NCBI GenBank assembly: GCA_963786105.1
Contig: CAWAXX010000012.1
Span: 160,001 to 224,000 of the forward strand
Direction of reading: 5' to 3'
DNA length: 64,000 bases
From: Vulcanimicrobiota bacterium
Lineage (GTDB): Bacteria; Vulcanimicrobiota; Vulcanimicrobiia; Vulcanimicrobiales; Vulcanimicrobiaceae
Shown here piece after piece: positions 48,802 through 58,943 of this stretch (positions within the stretch are counted from its first letter, which is position 1; each line of letters starts with the position of its first letter). A model generated the notes under the pieces. The model had not been told where the DNA came from, searched no databases, and was given only the letters and a program-made list of their open reading frames with translations. A program made the position numbers and the translations under genes.

Positions 48802-50199
48802 TTAGTGTCGCGAATGCGCCCTGAGCAGGTACCCCAGCGTCGTGTTGAGCTCGGCGGTGTCGTAGAGTTGGGTCGAAAGCGTGGTGATCGTTGGGATCTC
48901 GCTCACGTGCTCGAGCGGCACGATGGTCGCGAGCGGCGCAAACGAAATAACGCGGTACCCCGCGACCGTGCGAAAGAGCAAGTCGGCCCAGAAAGCGTTC
49001 GCCCAGCCGAATTCTGGGCGCGTGAAGCGCGACGGATCGTTGGGATCGACCGACTCGTGCATCAACCCGTTGAGCGTGTCGCTTTCGTCGAGCATGTCGA
49101 TGCCGTGGGCGATGTCGCTGCGGCTGCGCGTGGTAATCGCGGCGCCAATGATGCCGAGCGGCCACACCCATCCCGCCGGCGTATGCGGGCTCCCTAAGCC
49201 GGTCGCATACTTCCCCGAGTAATAGTACGGATTCGCCGAGCTGAGCGTAAAACTGCGGGTGTCCAGGTAGACGGGATCGTCGGTCGCGCACCAGCCGATG
49301 TAGGGGAGGGCCGTGAGATTGGGGATGTTGGCGTCGTCCATGAGGTTGTCGTTGCCGTAACCATCGGTTTCGTAGGCGTACATCCATCCGTGCGTGGAGT
49401 CCCACGCGCGTCCGTATCGCTCGATTCCAACCTGGACTTGGTCCGCGAGCGTCGTTGCGCCGCTCGCCAGCTTCGCATCGCCGAAAGCCTCGCGTGCGAA
49501 GCGCGCCAGCAAGCGCATGGCGACGACCGCGAAGGCGTTTTGCGGGATATTGAAGCGATAGGTCACCGGATCGTCGGAAGGCCGGAAAGCGCTCCAGATC
49601 ATGCCCGTATTCGGGTTATAGTTCTCGTGCGTCGGTACCGGCTGCGGCCACGAGTAGTGACTGCACGTCGCATGATGTTGCTCGCATTGCAGCGTCGAGA
49701 CGATCGTTTGCAGCGCCCGGTGGAAAACCGGCGTGAAGATCGTGCGATCGCGCGTGTTCGCGTAGTAGATGAACGCGAGGGCGACTGGCCAAGCCAGCGA
49801 ATCGATTTCCCATTTACCTTCCCAAACGTGGTAGTCGGCGCTGAACGCCTCGGCGTGCGGATCGACGAGGACGTTTTTTGCATCGCGCTGGACGACCCCG
49901 AAGAACTCGTAGCGCAGCGTAGGGTAGGCACCTACGAATCGTATGTACGGAATCGTCTGCGCCGCGGAATCCCGCAGCCACATCGCCGGGATATCGCCGG
50001 TTTGCACGTACGTCGTGCCGTCGCTTTCGTGAAAAAAGTCGGCAAAGAATTCCTGGAAGAGGGTAGCGGTTTGAATTGGCCTGATGTGAGATTCGACCGG
50101 GATGTTCAGCGTTTGCGCACGCGCCGGAGATATAGCGGCCAATGCGTACCCAACGCCGAGTGTCAACACGGCTATTCGCCGAGAGACCGCTCTCGTCAT
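48802..50199 (-). CDS. Glycoside hydrolase family 125, secreted (paralogue)
   Basis: TGDIPAMWLRDSAAQ, KWEIDS, FRPSDD, MDDANIP, GSPHTP, FGWAN. Confidence 0.93.
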   Translation of the reverse strand: MTRAVSRRIAVLTLGVGYALAAISPARAQTLNIPVESHIRPIQTATLFQEFFADFFHESDGTTYVQTGDIPAMWLRDSAAQTIPYIRFVGAYPTLRYEFFGVVQRDAKNVLVDPHAEAFSADYHVWEGKWEIDSLAWPVALAFIYYANTRDRTIFTPVFHRALQTIVSTLQCEQHHATCSHYSWPQPVPTHENYNPNTGMIWSAFRPSDDPVTYRFNIPQNAFAVVAMRLLARFAREAFGDAKLASGATTLADQVQVGIERYGRAWDSTHGWMYAYETDGYGNDNLMDDANIPNLTALPYIGWCATDDPVYLDTRSFTLSSANPYYYSGKYATGLGSPHTPAGWVWPLGIIGAAITTRSRSDIAHGIDMLDESDTLNGLMHESVDPNDPSRFTRPEFGWANAFWADLLFRTVAGYRVISFAPLATIVPLEHVSEIPTITTLSTQLYDTAELNTTLGYLLRAHSRH

Positions 50200-50312
50200 G
50201 AGATCGAATCGTTCGCCTCGCGACTCCCTTGGCCCCTTGAGCGGTTTGTCGCCGGACTCCCAGGCAGGGCCGTTCGCGGGTCGACAGCAATCATCGAGAC
50301 GGGACACCAGCC

Positions 50313-51302
50313 TTGAATCGACAGACTTCCGGCGAACTTTTACGCGACTTCTACGATCGCAAGCCGCGCGCGTTGGCGCGCGCAATTTCGTGGGCCGAGG
50401 CCGGTCGCGCGGCGGAGCTGATCCGCACGCTGTACCCGCAAACCGGGCGCGCGACGACGATCGGACTAACCGGCCCGCCGGGCGTTGGGAAATCCACGCT
50501 GTCGTCGGCGCTGGTGCGTAAGGCGCGAACGCTCGGCAAAACCGTCGGCGTCGTCTCGGTCGATCCGACGTCGCCGTTTTCGCACGGCGCGCTGCTCGGC
50601 GATCGCATTCGGTTGACCGAGCATTTCACCGACGATGGCGTGTTCATTCGATCGATGGCCAGCCGAGGTCATCTTGGCGGCGTCGCCGGCGCTACGGCCG
50701 ATTCGGTGCTTCTCATGGACGCCTTCGGTCTGGACGTGGTGCTGATCGAAACGGTCGGCGTCGGTCAGAGCGAAATCGAAGTCGCCGAACTCGCGAACAC
50801 GACGCTGGTCGCGCTGCAACCAGGTAGCGGCGATTCGATTCAGGTGCTCAAAGCCGGGATCATGGAGATTGCCGACGTCTTCGTGGTCAACAAGGCCGAC
50901 CATCCGATGGCCAACCAACTGCGGCGCGAGATCCGCTCGATGATGGAGATGTTGAGTTTCCCCGGTTGGGTGCCCGAACTGGTGATGACGCAGGCGCTGA
51001 CCGGCGAGGGTATCGACGATTTATGGGCGGCCGTCGAGCGGCACGTCGCCTATTTGAATTCGACCGGCGAGATCGACGAACGGCGGCGCGAAGCGTTTTT
51101 ACATCAAGTGCGCCAGCTGTCGCTCGGCCGTCTCGAGCGGCGGCTCGACGGCGTCTTGCAGCGCGAGCCGGTGGCCGGCATCGATCCATACGCGGCGGCC
51201 GATCGCGTGCTTGCGACGTTTGGCATACCCGCTACGGAGGAAGTGGGCGACGGCTCCCGGCCGCCTGGGCGGCCGCGTGCCATCGTCAAAGGGCTCACCT
51301 GA
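50313..51302 (+). CDS. meaB: Acyl-CoA mutase-associated GTPase MeaB
   Basis: GPPGVGKST, VDPTSPFS.GALLGDRIR, ETVGVGQSE, NKAD. Confidence 0.95.
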   Translation: MNRQTSGELLRDFYDRKPRALARAISWAEAGRAAELIRTLYPQTGRATTIGLTGPPGVGKSTLSSALVRKARTLGKTVGVVSVDPTSPFSHGALLGDRIRLTEHFTDDGVFIRSMASRGHLGGVAGATADSVLLMDAFGLDVVLIETVGVGQSEIEVAELANTTLVALQPGSGDSIQVLKAGIMEIADVFVVNKADHPMANQLRREIRSMMEMLSFPGWVPELVMTQALTGEGIDDLWAAVERHVAYLNSTGEIDERRREAFLHQVRQLSLGRLERRLDGVLQREPVAGIDPYAAADRVLATFGIPATEEVGDGSRPPGRPRAIVKGLT

Positions 51303-51330
51303 AACGGCATCCCAGTCGTGGCGGTTGGGA

Positions 51331-51404
51331 GAATCGAGCGCTTCGTCGAAGCGTATAGGCTTCGACACGTTGAGAGGGCGAGGAGCGCAAAAGCGCGATT
51401 CGCC
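51331..51404. repeat. Structured intergenic repeat (related to 18665-18748)
   Basis: gaatcgagcgctt/aagcgcgattc arms, inner hairpin gtcgaagc-gtatag-gcttcgac, shared GGGCGAGGAGCGC motif. Confidence 0.55.
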
Positions 51405-51424
51405 ATCTGTGGAAGAGGATCGAC

Positions 51425-53137
51425 TTGGCCAAGATGATCGAGCGTCCAACCGGTTTGGGCGCTCAGGCGAACCCGGAGTTCGAAGAAGAGAAGCAGCGCT
51501 GGGAACGGACGTCCGCAAAGGGAAAGCGGAGGAAGGGCCCCGGTTCGGGTGCGGTCGATCGCACCATCTCCGACGTTCCGCTTAAAACCGTCTACGGTCC
51601 CGAGGACGTCGCGCATCTCGATTTGGCCCGTGACCTCGCGTGGCCGGGCGAGTTTCCTTACACCCGCGGCATCCACCCCAACGGTTATCGGGACCGTCTT
51701 TGGACGATGCGCCAGTTCGCCGGTTTTGGAACCGCCAAGCAAACCAATGAACGCTATCACTTTCTTCTCGAACAGGGGCAGCACGGTCTCTCGGTTGCCT
51801 TCGACATGCCGACGCTGATGGGTTACGACTCCGACGCACCGCAAGCGCTCGGGGAAGTCGGCAAGTGCGGCGTTGCGATCGATTCGCTGGCCGACATGGA
51901 AGTACTCTTTGCCGGCATCGACATGGCCGACATCACCACCTCGATGACGATCAACGGGCCGGCGGCGATTGCGGTGGCGCAGTACATCGCCGCCGCCGAA
52001 AAGAAGGGCATCCCGCGTGCCAAACTCGGCGGCACGATCCAGGCGGATATCCTCAAAGAGTATATCGCGCAAAAGGAATGGATCTTTCCGCCGCGTCCTC
52101 ATATGCGCGTGATCGTCGATATGATCGAGTTTTGCACGCGCGAAATGCCGAAGTGGAATACGATTTCGATCTCCGGCTACCACATCCGGGAAGCGGGATC
52201 GACTGCGGCGCAAGAACTGGCATTTACCTTGGCCGACGGCTTCGCCTACGTCGAGGCCTGCATCGAGGCGGGTATGGACGTGGATGCGTTTGCGCCGCGG
52301 CTGTCGTATTTCTTCAACTCGCACGTCGACTTCTTCGAGGAGATTGCGAAATTTCGCGCCGCGCGCCGGATCTACGCGCGCCACATGCGCGACCGGTTCG
52401 GCGCCAAGAACCCGAAGTCGTGGCAACTGCGCTTTCACACGCAAACGGCCGGCTGCAGCGCTACCGCACAGCAACCGGAAAATAACATCGTACGCGTCGC
52501 CTTCGAAGCGATGGCGGCCGTATTGGGCGGCACCCAATCGCTGCACACCAACTCTATGGACGAAGTTCTTGCGCTGCCAACCGAAAAATCGGTCGAGATC
52601 GCGCTGCGAACGCAGCAAGTCTTGGCCTACGAGACCAACGTTACCAACGTCGTCGACCCGCTCGGTGGATCCTACTACGTCGAGGCGCTCACCGACGAGA
52701 TGGAGCGCCAAGCCGAGGCGTACTTCGCGCAGATCGCCGAATACGGCGGCGTCGTCGAAGCTATCGAAGCCGGTTTCTTCCAAAAGGAAATTGCCGAGGC
52801 CTCGTATCGTTATCAGCGTTCGATCGAGAGCAAGGATCGCGTCATCGTCGGAGTCAACGGGTTCGTGCGCGATGGCGAGCAAGTCGAGATGGACTTGCTC
52901 AAGATCACTCAGGAGATGGAACGCGAGCAAGCGCGCTCGGTGCAAACGATTCGAAAGAATCGCGATGGAGCGGCCGTGCAGCGAACGCTGGAGCGGCTAC
53001 AAGTCGCGTGCCGCGATCCCAAGGACAACCTGATGCCGCACCTCATCGATTGCGTCAACGCCTACTGTACCGAGGGCGAAATCGTCGAGGCGATGGTCAA
53101 GGTCTACGGGCGCTACACCGAACGCTCGGTGTTTTAG
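51425..53137 (+). CDS. B12-dependent acyl-CoA mutase large subunit, isobutyryl-CoA mutase-like
   Basis: [57 protein letters not shown]. Confidence 0.92.
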   Translation: MAKMIERPTGLGAQANPEFEEEKQRWERTSAKGKRRKGPGSGAVDRTISDVPLKTVYGPEDVAHLDLARDLAWPGEFPYTRGIHPNGYRDRLWTMRQFAGFGTAKQTNERYHFLLEQGQHGLSVAFDMPTLMGYDSDAPQALGEVGKCGVAIDSLADMEVLFAGIDMADITTSMTINGPAAIAVAQYIAAAEKKGIPRAKLGGTIQADILKEYIAQKEWIFPPRPHMRVIVDMIEFCTREMPKWNTISISGYHIREAGSTAAQELAFTLADGFAYVEACIEAGMDVDAFAPRLSYFFNSHVDFFEEIAKFRAARRIYARHMRDRFGAKNPKSWQLRFHTQTAGCSATAQQPENNIVRVAFEAMAAVLGGTQSLHTNSMDEVLALPTEKSVEIALRTQQVLAYETNVTNVVDPLGGSYYVEALTDEMERQAEAYFAQIAEYGGVVEAIEAGFFQKEIAEASYRYQRSIESKDRVIVGVNGFVRDGEQVEMDLLKITQEMEREQARSVQTIRKNRDGAAVQRTLERLQVACRDPKDNLMPHLIDCVNAYCTEGEIVEAMVKVYGRYTERSVF

Positions 53138-53287
53138 ATGAAACGATTTTCAACCGACATCGAACGTCATCGCGCGCGCCGTACGCTCTCGGAGGTCAAG
53201 CAGAAGCTTGAGGAAGCGTTGCGTTTGAGCCAGCTGCTCAACGAAAGGGATCATGAACAAGCGACCGCTGCGAATCGTCATCGCTAA
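53138..53287 (+). CDS. Possible 49-aa helical peptide
   Basis: ATG immediately after the mutase stop: MKRFSTDIERHRARRTLSEVKQKLEEALRLSQLLNERDHEQATAANRHR; overlaps the next gene by 35 nt. Confidence 0.3.
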   Translation: MKRFSTDIERHRARRTLSEVKQKLEEALRLSQLLNERDHEQATAANRHR

Positions 53288-53666
53288 GGCCGGCCTCGAC
53301 GGTCACGACCGTGGTGCCAAGGTCATCGCGCGGGCGTTGCGCGATGCCGGGATGGAAGTGATCTATACGGGACTTTTTCAGACTCCCGAGCAGATCGTCC
53401 GTACCGCGATTCAGGAAGATGCCGACGGCATCGGCCTTTCGATTCTCTCGGGCGCCCATATGACGTTGTTTCCGCTGGTCGTCGAACAACTCAAAGCACA
53501 GGACGGCGACATCGTCTTTTTCGGCGGCGGAACCATCCCGCCCGAGGACGCCGTGGCCCTCAAGCAGGCCGGCGTTCGAGAGATCTTCACGCCGGGCGCG
53601 CCGCTCGCGCAAATCATCGAGTTCGTCGAGCGCGAATGCGGCCGTCGCCGCGAACTCGTTGGCTAG
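53253..53666 (+). CDS. Cobalamin-binding small subunit of the acyl-CoA mutase
   Basis: GLDGHDRGAK (DxHxxG), GLSILSGAH, GGGTIP. Confidence 0.95.
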   Translation: MNKRPLRIVIAKAGLDGHDRGAKVIARALRDAGMEVIYTGLFQTPEQIVRTAIQEDADGIGLSILSGAHMTLFPLVVEQLKAQDGDIVFFGGGTIPPEDAVALKQAGVREIFTPGAPLAQIIEFVERECGRRRELVG

Positions 53667-55146
53667 CTCGCCGGTCCGCACTCGAGTCGCGCCGTCTCCG
53701 ACCGGCGACCCGCACGTCGGCACCGCCTACGTCGCGCTCATCAACTACTGCTTTGCGAAGAAGCACGGCGGCCAGTTCGTATTGCGCATCGAAGATACCG
53801 ATCGAGCGCGGAGCACGGACGAAAGCGAGAGCGCCATTCTCGACGCGCTCCACTGGTGCGGGCTCGCGTGGGACGAAGGGCCGGACGTCGGCGGACCGCA
53901 CGGACCCTATCGCCAGAGCGAACGCTCTTCAATCTATCGCCGATACGTCGACGAGTTGCTCGATGCCGGCCGTGCGTTCAAGTGCTTCTGCACTGCGCAA
54001 CGATTGGAAGAAATGCGCGTCGCCCAGCGAGCCGCCGGACAGCCGCCGCGCTACGACGGACTTTGCTTGACGTACTCCCGGGAAGAAATTGCACGCCGGG
54101 AAGCGGCCGGCGAGACCTTCGTCGTGCGCCTCAAAGTTCCCGATGACGGCGTCTGCATCGTCGACGACCTGCGCCGCGGTCCGATCGAGTTTGAGTGGAA
54201 GAGCGTCGACATGCAGGTGCTGCTCAAGTCCGACGGTCTTCCGACCTATCACCTGGCCAACGTCGTCGACGATCATCTCATGGAAATCACGCACGTTTTT
54301 CGCGGCGAGGAGTGGGTTTCGAGCGCGCCCAAACACCTGCTGCTCTATTCGTATTTCGGTTGGCAGCCACCCAAGCTCGTTCACCTGCCGCTCTTGCGCA
54401 ACCCCGACAAGAGTAAACTGAGCAAGCGCAAAAATCCGACCGGGATTTTGTTCTACAAAGCGCTGGGGTACTTACCGGAGGCGCTGATCAACTTTCTCGG
54501 ACTCCTGGCGAATGCCGCGCATGAGGGCGATGGGGAGCTGATGGACCTTGCGACGCTCGTGCGGCGCTTCGAACTGGAGCACGTTCCGACCGGAGGCCCG
54601 GTGTTCGACGTGGCCAAACTCGATTGGCTCAACGGCCGGTACTTGCGCGAGAAGCTCGATCCGGCGGCGTTCGCAGACGCGGCCCAACAATGGGCCTCCC
54701 TTACTCCGGAACGCCGGATGCGAATCGCAGCGCTCGCGCAACCGCGCGTCGAGCGTTTCAGCGACCTCGGCCCGCTGCTCGCGTTCCTGTTTGCCGGGCG
54801 GCTGCCGCTGCGTGTCGAGGATCTGCGGGCCGGGGCAAAACTCGACGACGCGTCGGTGCGCCGGGCACTCGCGCTCGCACTCTGGGAACTCGACGCGCTA
54901 CCGGAGTGGACCGTCGCCGGCATCGAAACGACGATCAAACGCATTGCCGACGTCGTCGGAAAGAAGGTTCGCGAGGTCGCGCGCCCGTTCTACGTGGCGA
55001 TCACCGGAAGCCCGACCTCGATTCCGCTTTACGATTCGATGGAGTTGCTCGGGCGCGATATCGTGCGCGAGCGTTTACGCAACGCACTGGAACTGCTGGG
55101 TGCGCCGAGCAAGCGCGAGCAGGAAGAGTGGAAGGCCGGCGTATGA
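53659..55146 (+). CDS. gltX: Glutamate-tRNA ligase
   Basis: APSPTGDPHVG, LRIEDTD, PTYHLANVVDD, RGEEW, KLSKR. Confidence 0.97.
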   Translation: MASSPVRTRVAPSPTGDPHVGTAYVALINYCFAKKHGGQFVLRIEDTDRARSTDESESAILDALHWCGLAWDEGPDVGGPHGPYRQSERSSIYRRYVDELLDAGRAFKCFCTAQRLEEMRVAQRAAGQPPRYDGLCLTYSREEIARREAAGETFVVRLKVPDDGVCIVDDLRRGPIEFEWKSVDMQVLLKSDGLPTYHLANVVDDHLMEITHVFRGEEWVSSAPKHLLLYSYFGWQPPKLVHLPLLRNPDKSKLSKRKNPTGILFYKALGYLPEALINFLGLLANAAHEGDGELMDLATLVRRFELEHVPTGGPVFDVAKLDWLNGRYLREKLDPAAFADAAQQWASLTPERRMRIAALAQPRVERFSDLGPLLAFLFAGRLPLRVEDLRAGAKLDDASVRRALALALWELDALPEWTVAGIETTIKRIADVVGKKVREVARPFYVAITGSPTSIPLYDSMELLGRDIVRERLRNALELLGAPSKREQEEWKAGV

Positions 55147-56492
55147 TTCGAGCGATCCTATTAGCCGCCGGCAAAGGTACGCGCATGAAGAGCGCGCGCC
55201 CGAAGGTGCTGCACGAAGTGTGCGGTCGCCCGATGCTGTGGTTCGTACTGCGCGCGCTGCGCGCCGCCGGCGTCGACGACATCGTCGTCGTAACCAGCCC
55301 CGACCTTCAGGACCTGATCGGCGATTTGGGAGTCAAAGGCGTCGTCCAACCCGAGCAGCGCGGCACCGGCGACGCGGTGAAGATCGCGCTCGAGCAGCTG
55401 ACGCCGCACCCGCTCGGTCGCATTCTTGTGGCCTACGGCGACATGCCGCTGGTTTCCGAAGCGGCGTTCGACGCGGTGCGTTCCGCGTTAGAGGGATCGG
55501 CGGGACGCGACGCTCCAGCGGCGATGGCGCTGGTCGCCGTGAAAATGCCGCTGCCGTCAAACTTCGGCCGCATCGTGCGCGAAGGGCATAACGTCGCTCG
55601 CATCGTCGAAGCGCGCGACGCGACTCCGGAAGAGCTCGAAATCGACGAAATGAATGCGGGCATCTACGCTTTCGACGAAACCGAGTTGCGCGAGGCCATT
55701 CCGCATCTGAGTAACGACAACGCGCAAGGCGAATACTACCTGACGGACCTCGTCGATCGCTTCGTCACGCACGGCAAACGCGTGAGTCCGGTGTCGTCCG
55801 ACGATCATCTCAGTGCCCTCGGGATCAACGATCGGGTCGAGCTGGCACGCGCGCGGCGGGAAATGAACGCGCGCCTGTGCGAACGGCACATGCGCGACGG
55901 CGTGACCGTCATCGATCCCGCGACGACTTACCTCGAGCCGGAGCTGACGATCGGCCGCGATACCGTCGTCTACCCCAATACCGCGATTTCGCGACTGACG
56001 GAGATCGGCGACGGTTGCACGATCGGCCCGAGCTCCCGGCTCTCGAATGCGAAGATCGGACCGGGCGTCACCGTTCGCGAGAGCGTCGTCATCGATTCGG
56101 TCGTAGGCGCCGGAACGATCGTCGGGCCGTACGCGCACGTCCGCGGCGAGTCGGTCTTAGGCGAGGACGTGCGTATCGGGAATTTCGTCGAGATCAAGAA
56201 GTCCGACCTCGCAACCGGCGTAAAGGCCGGTCATCTCACGTATCTCGGCGACGCAGTCGTCGGTAGCGAGACGAACGTCGGCGCCGGAACGATCACGTGC
56301 AACTACGACGGTTTGAACAAGAATCCGACCGTCATCGGACGCGACGCATTCATCGGTTCGAACTCGTCGCTGGTCGCGCCCGTTTCCATCGGCGACGGAG
56401 CGCTGACCGGGGCGGGCGCGGTCGTCACCCACGACGTTCCGCCGGGCGAACGCGTCGCCGGCAACCCGGCGCGGCCGCTGCCGAAGAAATAG
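55143..56492 (+). CDS. glmU: Bifunctional UDP-GlcNAc pyrophosphorylase / glucosamine-1-P acetyltransferase
   Basis: LAAGKGTRMKS..PKVLH, EYYLTD, hexapeptide repeats, GNFVEIK, HLTYLGDA, CNYDG. Confidence 0.97.
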   Translation: MIRAILLAAGKGTRMKSARPKVLHEVCGRPMLWFVLRALRAAGVDDIVVVTSPDLQDLIGDLGVKGVVQPEQRGTGDAVKIALEQLTPHPLGRILVAYGDMPLVSEAAFDAVRSALEGSAGRDAPAAMALVAVKMPLPSNFGRIVREGHNVARIVEARDATPEELEIDEMNAGIYAFDETELREAIPHLSNDNAQGEYYLTDLVDRFVTHGKRVSPVSSDDHLSALGINDRVELARARREMNARLCERHMRDGVTVIDPATTYLEPELTIGRDTVVYPNTAISRLTEIGDGCTIGPSSRLSNAKIGPGVTVRESVVIDSVVGAGTIVGPYAHVRGESVLGEDVRIGNFVEIKKSDLATGVKAGHLTYLGDAVVGSETNVGAGTITCNYDGLNKNPTVIGRDAFIGSNSSLVAPVSIGDGALTGAGAVVTHDVPPGERVAGNPARPLPKK

Positions 56493-56531
56493 CGTCGCGA
56501 GCGACGGTCCGCTCGGGCACTTTCCGAGGGC

Positions 56532-57620
56532 GTGTGCGATCTACGCGTTCGCTGGTTGCTCGATACCGTTGCGCAACTCCTGGAGGCGTCACGCCGCTCG
56601 AGCGAGGCGGTGATCGCGACGTTGGATCGCGCCTTTCGTGCGTTCGACCATCGACTCGACAGCGTGCTGCTGTTCGTTCCGGCCCACGCGAGTCTCGCGT
56701 GCGTTTACGCCGGCGGCGAGCGGGCCGAGCGTCACCGGCGTCTCGTACTCCCGCTTGACCAATCGTATCGATTACCGGTGCGAGCCGCACTAGCCGGTCG
56801 TCGTGCTCTGCTGCCGGAAGACGGCGCCGCGCTCTTACCGGCGGATCGATTCGCCATAGCGGCGCCGATGCTCGATCGGCAGACGCTGCTCGCGGTTGCC
56901 TACGTTTCGTCTGTCGAGTCCCTCTCGGCGTCGATCGAAGACGCCATCGTTCCGGCAATCGAGTGCGCTGCCGCACCGTACGCCATTGCCCTCGAGCGCG
57001 AAGCCGACCGAGCCGGCGCAATGCACGACGGTCTTACCGGGCTGCTGTCACCGGAAGCGTTCCGGCACCGGCTTCGCGACGAAGTAATGCGGGCCGCCGC
57101 CGCCCACGGCCGCCGCGCGCTCTGTCTCTGGTTCGCGGACGCCGATCGCTTCAAGGAAGTCAACGATCGCTTCGGACATCGTGCCGGCGACGCGGTGCTA
57201 AAGGCAATGGCGTCCCTCCTAGGGGCGCACGCGATTGCCGGCGTCGACGTGGTGGCGCGCAATGGCGGCGACGAGTTCTGCGCGCTGCTTCGCTGCAGCA
57301 CCAAAGATCGCGCCATCGAGCGCGCGCGGGTATTCTGCAACGCGGTGCGCCGCCACGATTTCGGATTACCGATTGGCATCACCGTCAGCCTCGGCGTTGC
57401 GGCGTATCCACACGATGCGACGAGTGCCGGTACGTTATTGGAAAGAGCGGATGCCGCGATGTATCACGGTAAGCGCAACGGCCGAGATCGGGTTTCCTTT
57501 TTCGTCGCATCGGGAGCGTTCGCGTCGCTGCGTGCGGAGGCCGCAAGCGAACTATCGCGAAGCCCTTTGCGGTGCCGTTCGAACCTCGGCGAATGCTCTG
57601 CGGAACGCTGCTCGCCATAG
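56532..57620 (+). CDS. Diguanylate cyclase (GAF-like + GGDEF)
   Basis: DGLTGL, DADRFKEVNDRFGH..GD, RNGGDEF, ADAAMYHGK..GRD. Confidence 0.9.
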   Translation: MCDLRVRWLLDTVAQLLEASRRSSEAVIATLDRAFRAFDHRLDSVLLFVPAHASLACVYAGGERAERHRRLVLPLDQSYRLPVRAALAGRRALLPEDGAALLPADRFAIAAPMLDRQTLLAVAYVSSVESLSASIEDAIVPAIECAAAPYAIALEREADRAGAMHDGLTGLLSPEAFRHRLRDEVMRAAAAHGRRALCLWFADADRFKEVNDRFGHRAGDAVLKAMASLLGAHAIAGVDVVARNGGDEFCALLRCSTKDRAIERARVFCNAVRRHDFGLPIGITVSLGVAAYPHDATSAGTLLERADAAMYHGKRNGRDRVSFFVASGAFASLRAEAASELSRSPLRCRSNLGECSAERCSP

Positions 57621-58837
57621 CGATATTTGCCGCGGGTTTCGCCGTCGTGATGGCCGCGTCGCAACGGCCCAACCAGCTGGATCGACGAGTCGACGCGCTT
57701 TCGGTAAGCGATTTGATGTCGCAGCCGGCGATCGCGCTGGTCGATTCTGCGCGCCAGGCGGCGGCTTTGCGCCGCACCGAACTGACCCTGCCGGGTTGGC
57801 TGTTGACGGCCGTCTTGGAGGCTGCCGCGCTTGCGTATTTTTGGAGCTCGGGAGCGGCGGCGGCGCTCCGCGACCGCCTACGCCGCCGCCTGCACTCGGA
57901 GTGGAGCGTACGCTTCGTTTTTGGTGCGGTGCTCGCGCTGATCGCACGCTTGGCGGCGCTGATTCCGGCGTTCTATTTGTATCGCGTCGAGCGAATCATG
58001 GATCTTTCGGTCGAGCTAACTCGCCTATGGGCGCTCTTTTGGGTCGGGCATACCCTTCTCGCGATGCTCGTCGCGGGCGTCATCGTGTCGATCGTGTTGT
58101 GGTTGGTCGATCGCACGCATCAGTGGTACGCGTATACGATCGTCATCATTCTGGGCGTAAGCATCGCCTGGTCGTATGCGAGTCCGCTCTTCGAAGTTTC
58201 GGGCGCGAGCGGTTTACGGCCGGCCCGCGGCGACGTTCAAGCCCGCGTCGACGAAGCGCTCGCCCGCGGCCGCGTCCCCGCAGTCCCCGTTTTGGTAGAA
58301 ACCGCCCCAACGTCGTCGATCGCCGACGCCGTCGTCGTCGGGCTGGGACCGTTTCGCCGCGTGGTGCTGACGCGATCGTTCGTTTCCGGTAGCACCGTTC
58401 CCGAAATCGTCTATAAAGTGACCTACGAGATCGGACACGTCCTCCACGCCGATCCGCTCTTCTTTGCCTTGATCGAAGGTGGAATCATCATCGTATTCTC
58501 GGCCTTGGCGGTCGTGCTGGCCGATCGGGTCAGATTTCGGCGCGACGACGATCCGCTCTCTCGACTCGCGCTGGTAGGAGCGTTGCTGGCAATCGTGTAT
58601 CTTGCCGCCGTTCCGGTTCGCAACGCGGCGTTACGATCGTACGATCTGGATGCCGATCGATATGCGGTGAGCCTGACGAGCGACCGCGCCTCGGCAGTGC
58701 GGGCGATCGTGCGCGCCGCGGATCAACGCATGGATGAAGCGTGTCCCGAGATGTTACCGAACCTGTTTCTCGACGTTCATCCCAGCCCGGCGTTCCGCAT
58801 AGCCGCAATAAACGGCGCAGCCACCGGGTGCCCTTAG
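57593..58837 (+). CDS. Ste24/HtpX (M48)-like membrane protein with degenerate zinc site
   Basis: Ste24-like TM layout, GLGPFRRVVL, YEIGH in place of HExGH, ADRYA, HPSPAFRI. Confidence 0.85.
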   Translation: MLCGTLLAIAIFAAGFAVVMAASQRPNQLDRRVDALSVSDLMSQPAIALVDSARQAAALRRTELTLPGWLLTAVLEAAALAYFWSSGAAAALRDRLRRRLHSEWSVRFVFGAVLALIARLAALIPAFYLYRVERIMDLSVELTRLWALFWVGHTLLAMLVAGVIVSIVLWLVDRTHQWYAYTIVIILGVSIAWSYASPLFEVSGASGLRPARGDVQARVDEALARGRVPAVPVLVETAPTSSIADAVVVGLGPFRRVVLTRSFVSGSTVPEIVYKVTYEIGHVLHADPLFFALIEGGIIIVFSALAVVLADRVRFRRDDDPLSRLALVGALLAIVYLAAVPVRNAALRSYDLDADRYAVSLTSDRASAVRAIVRAADQRMDEACPEMLPNLFLDVHPSPAFRIAAINGAATGCP

Positions 58838-58943
58838 GAAACGCCATGATTTGTTCCATCTCTTCGTCGTCTCGGGTCTCATTTGCCGTAGCAAACTTCG
58901 ACCCTCGACTCCTCGATTCGAAGACAAATCATGGCGTTTCCCA
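58835..58943. repeat. ~107-nt hairpin element (MITE-like or structured RNA), copy 2
   Basis: Perfect 18-bp inverted repeat ggaaacgccatgatttgt (58837-58854 / 58924-58941); core shared with 25055-25161. Confidence 0.78.

Noticed and set aside
51302..51424. Cobalamin riboswitch before the mutase
   Set aside because: Too short, with no B12-box or GGGAA/GCCACTG motifs; better explained as a structured repeat.
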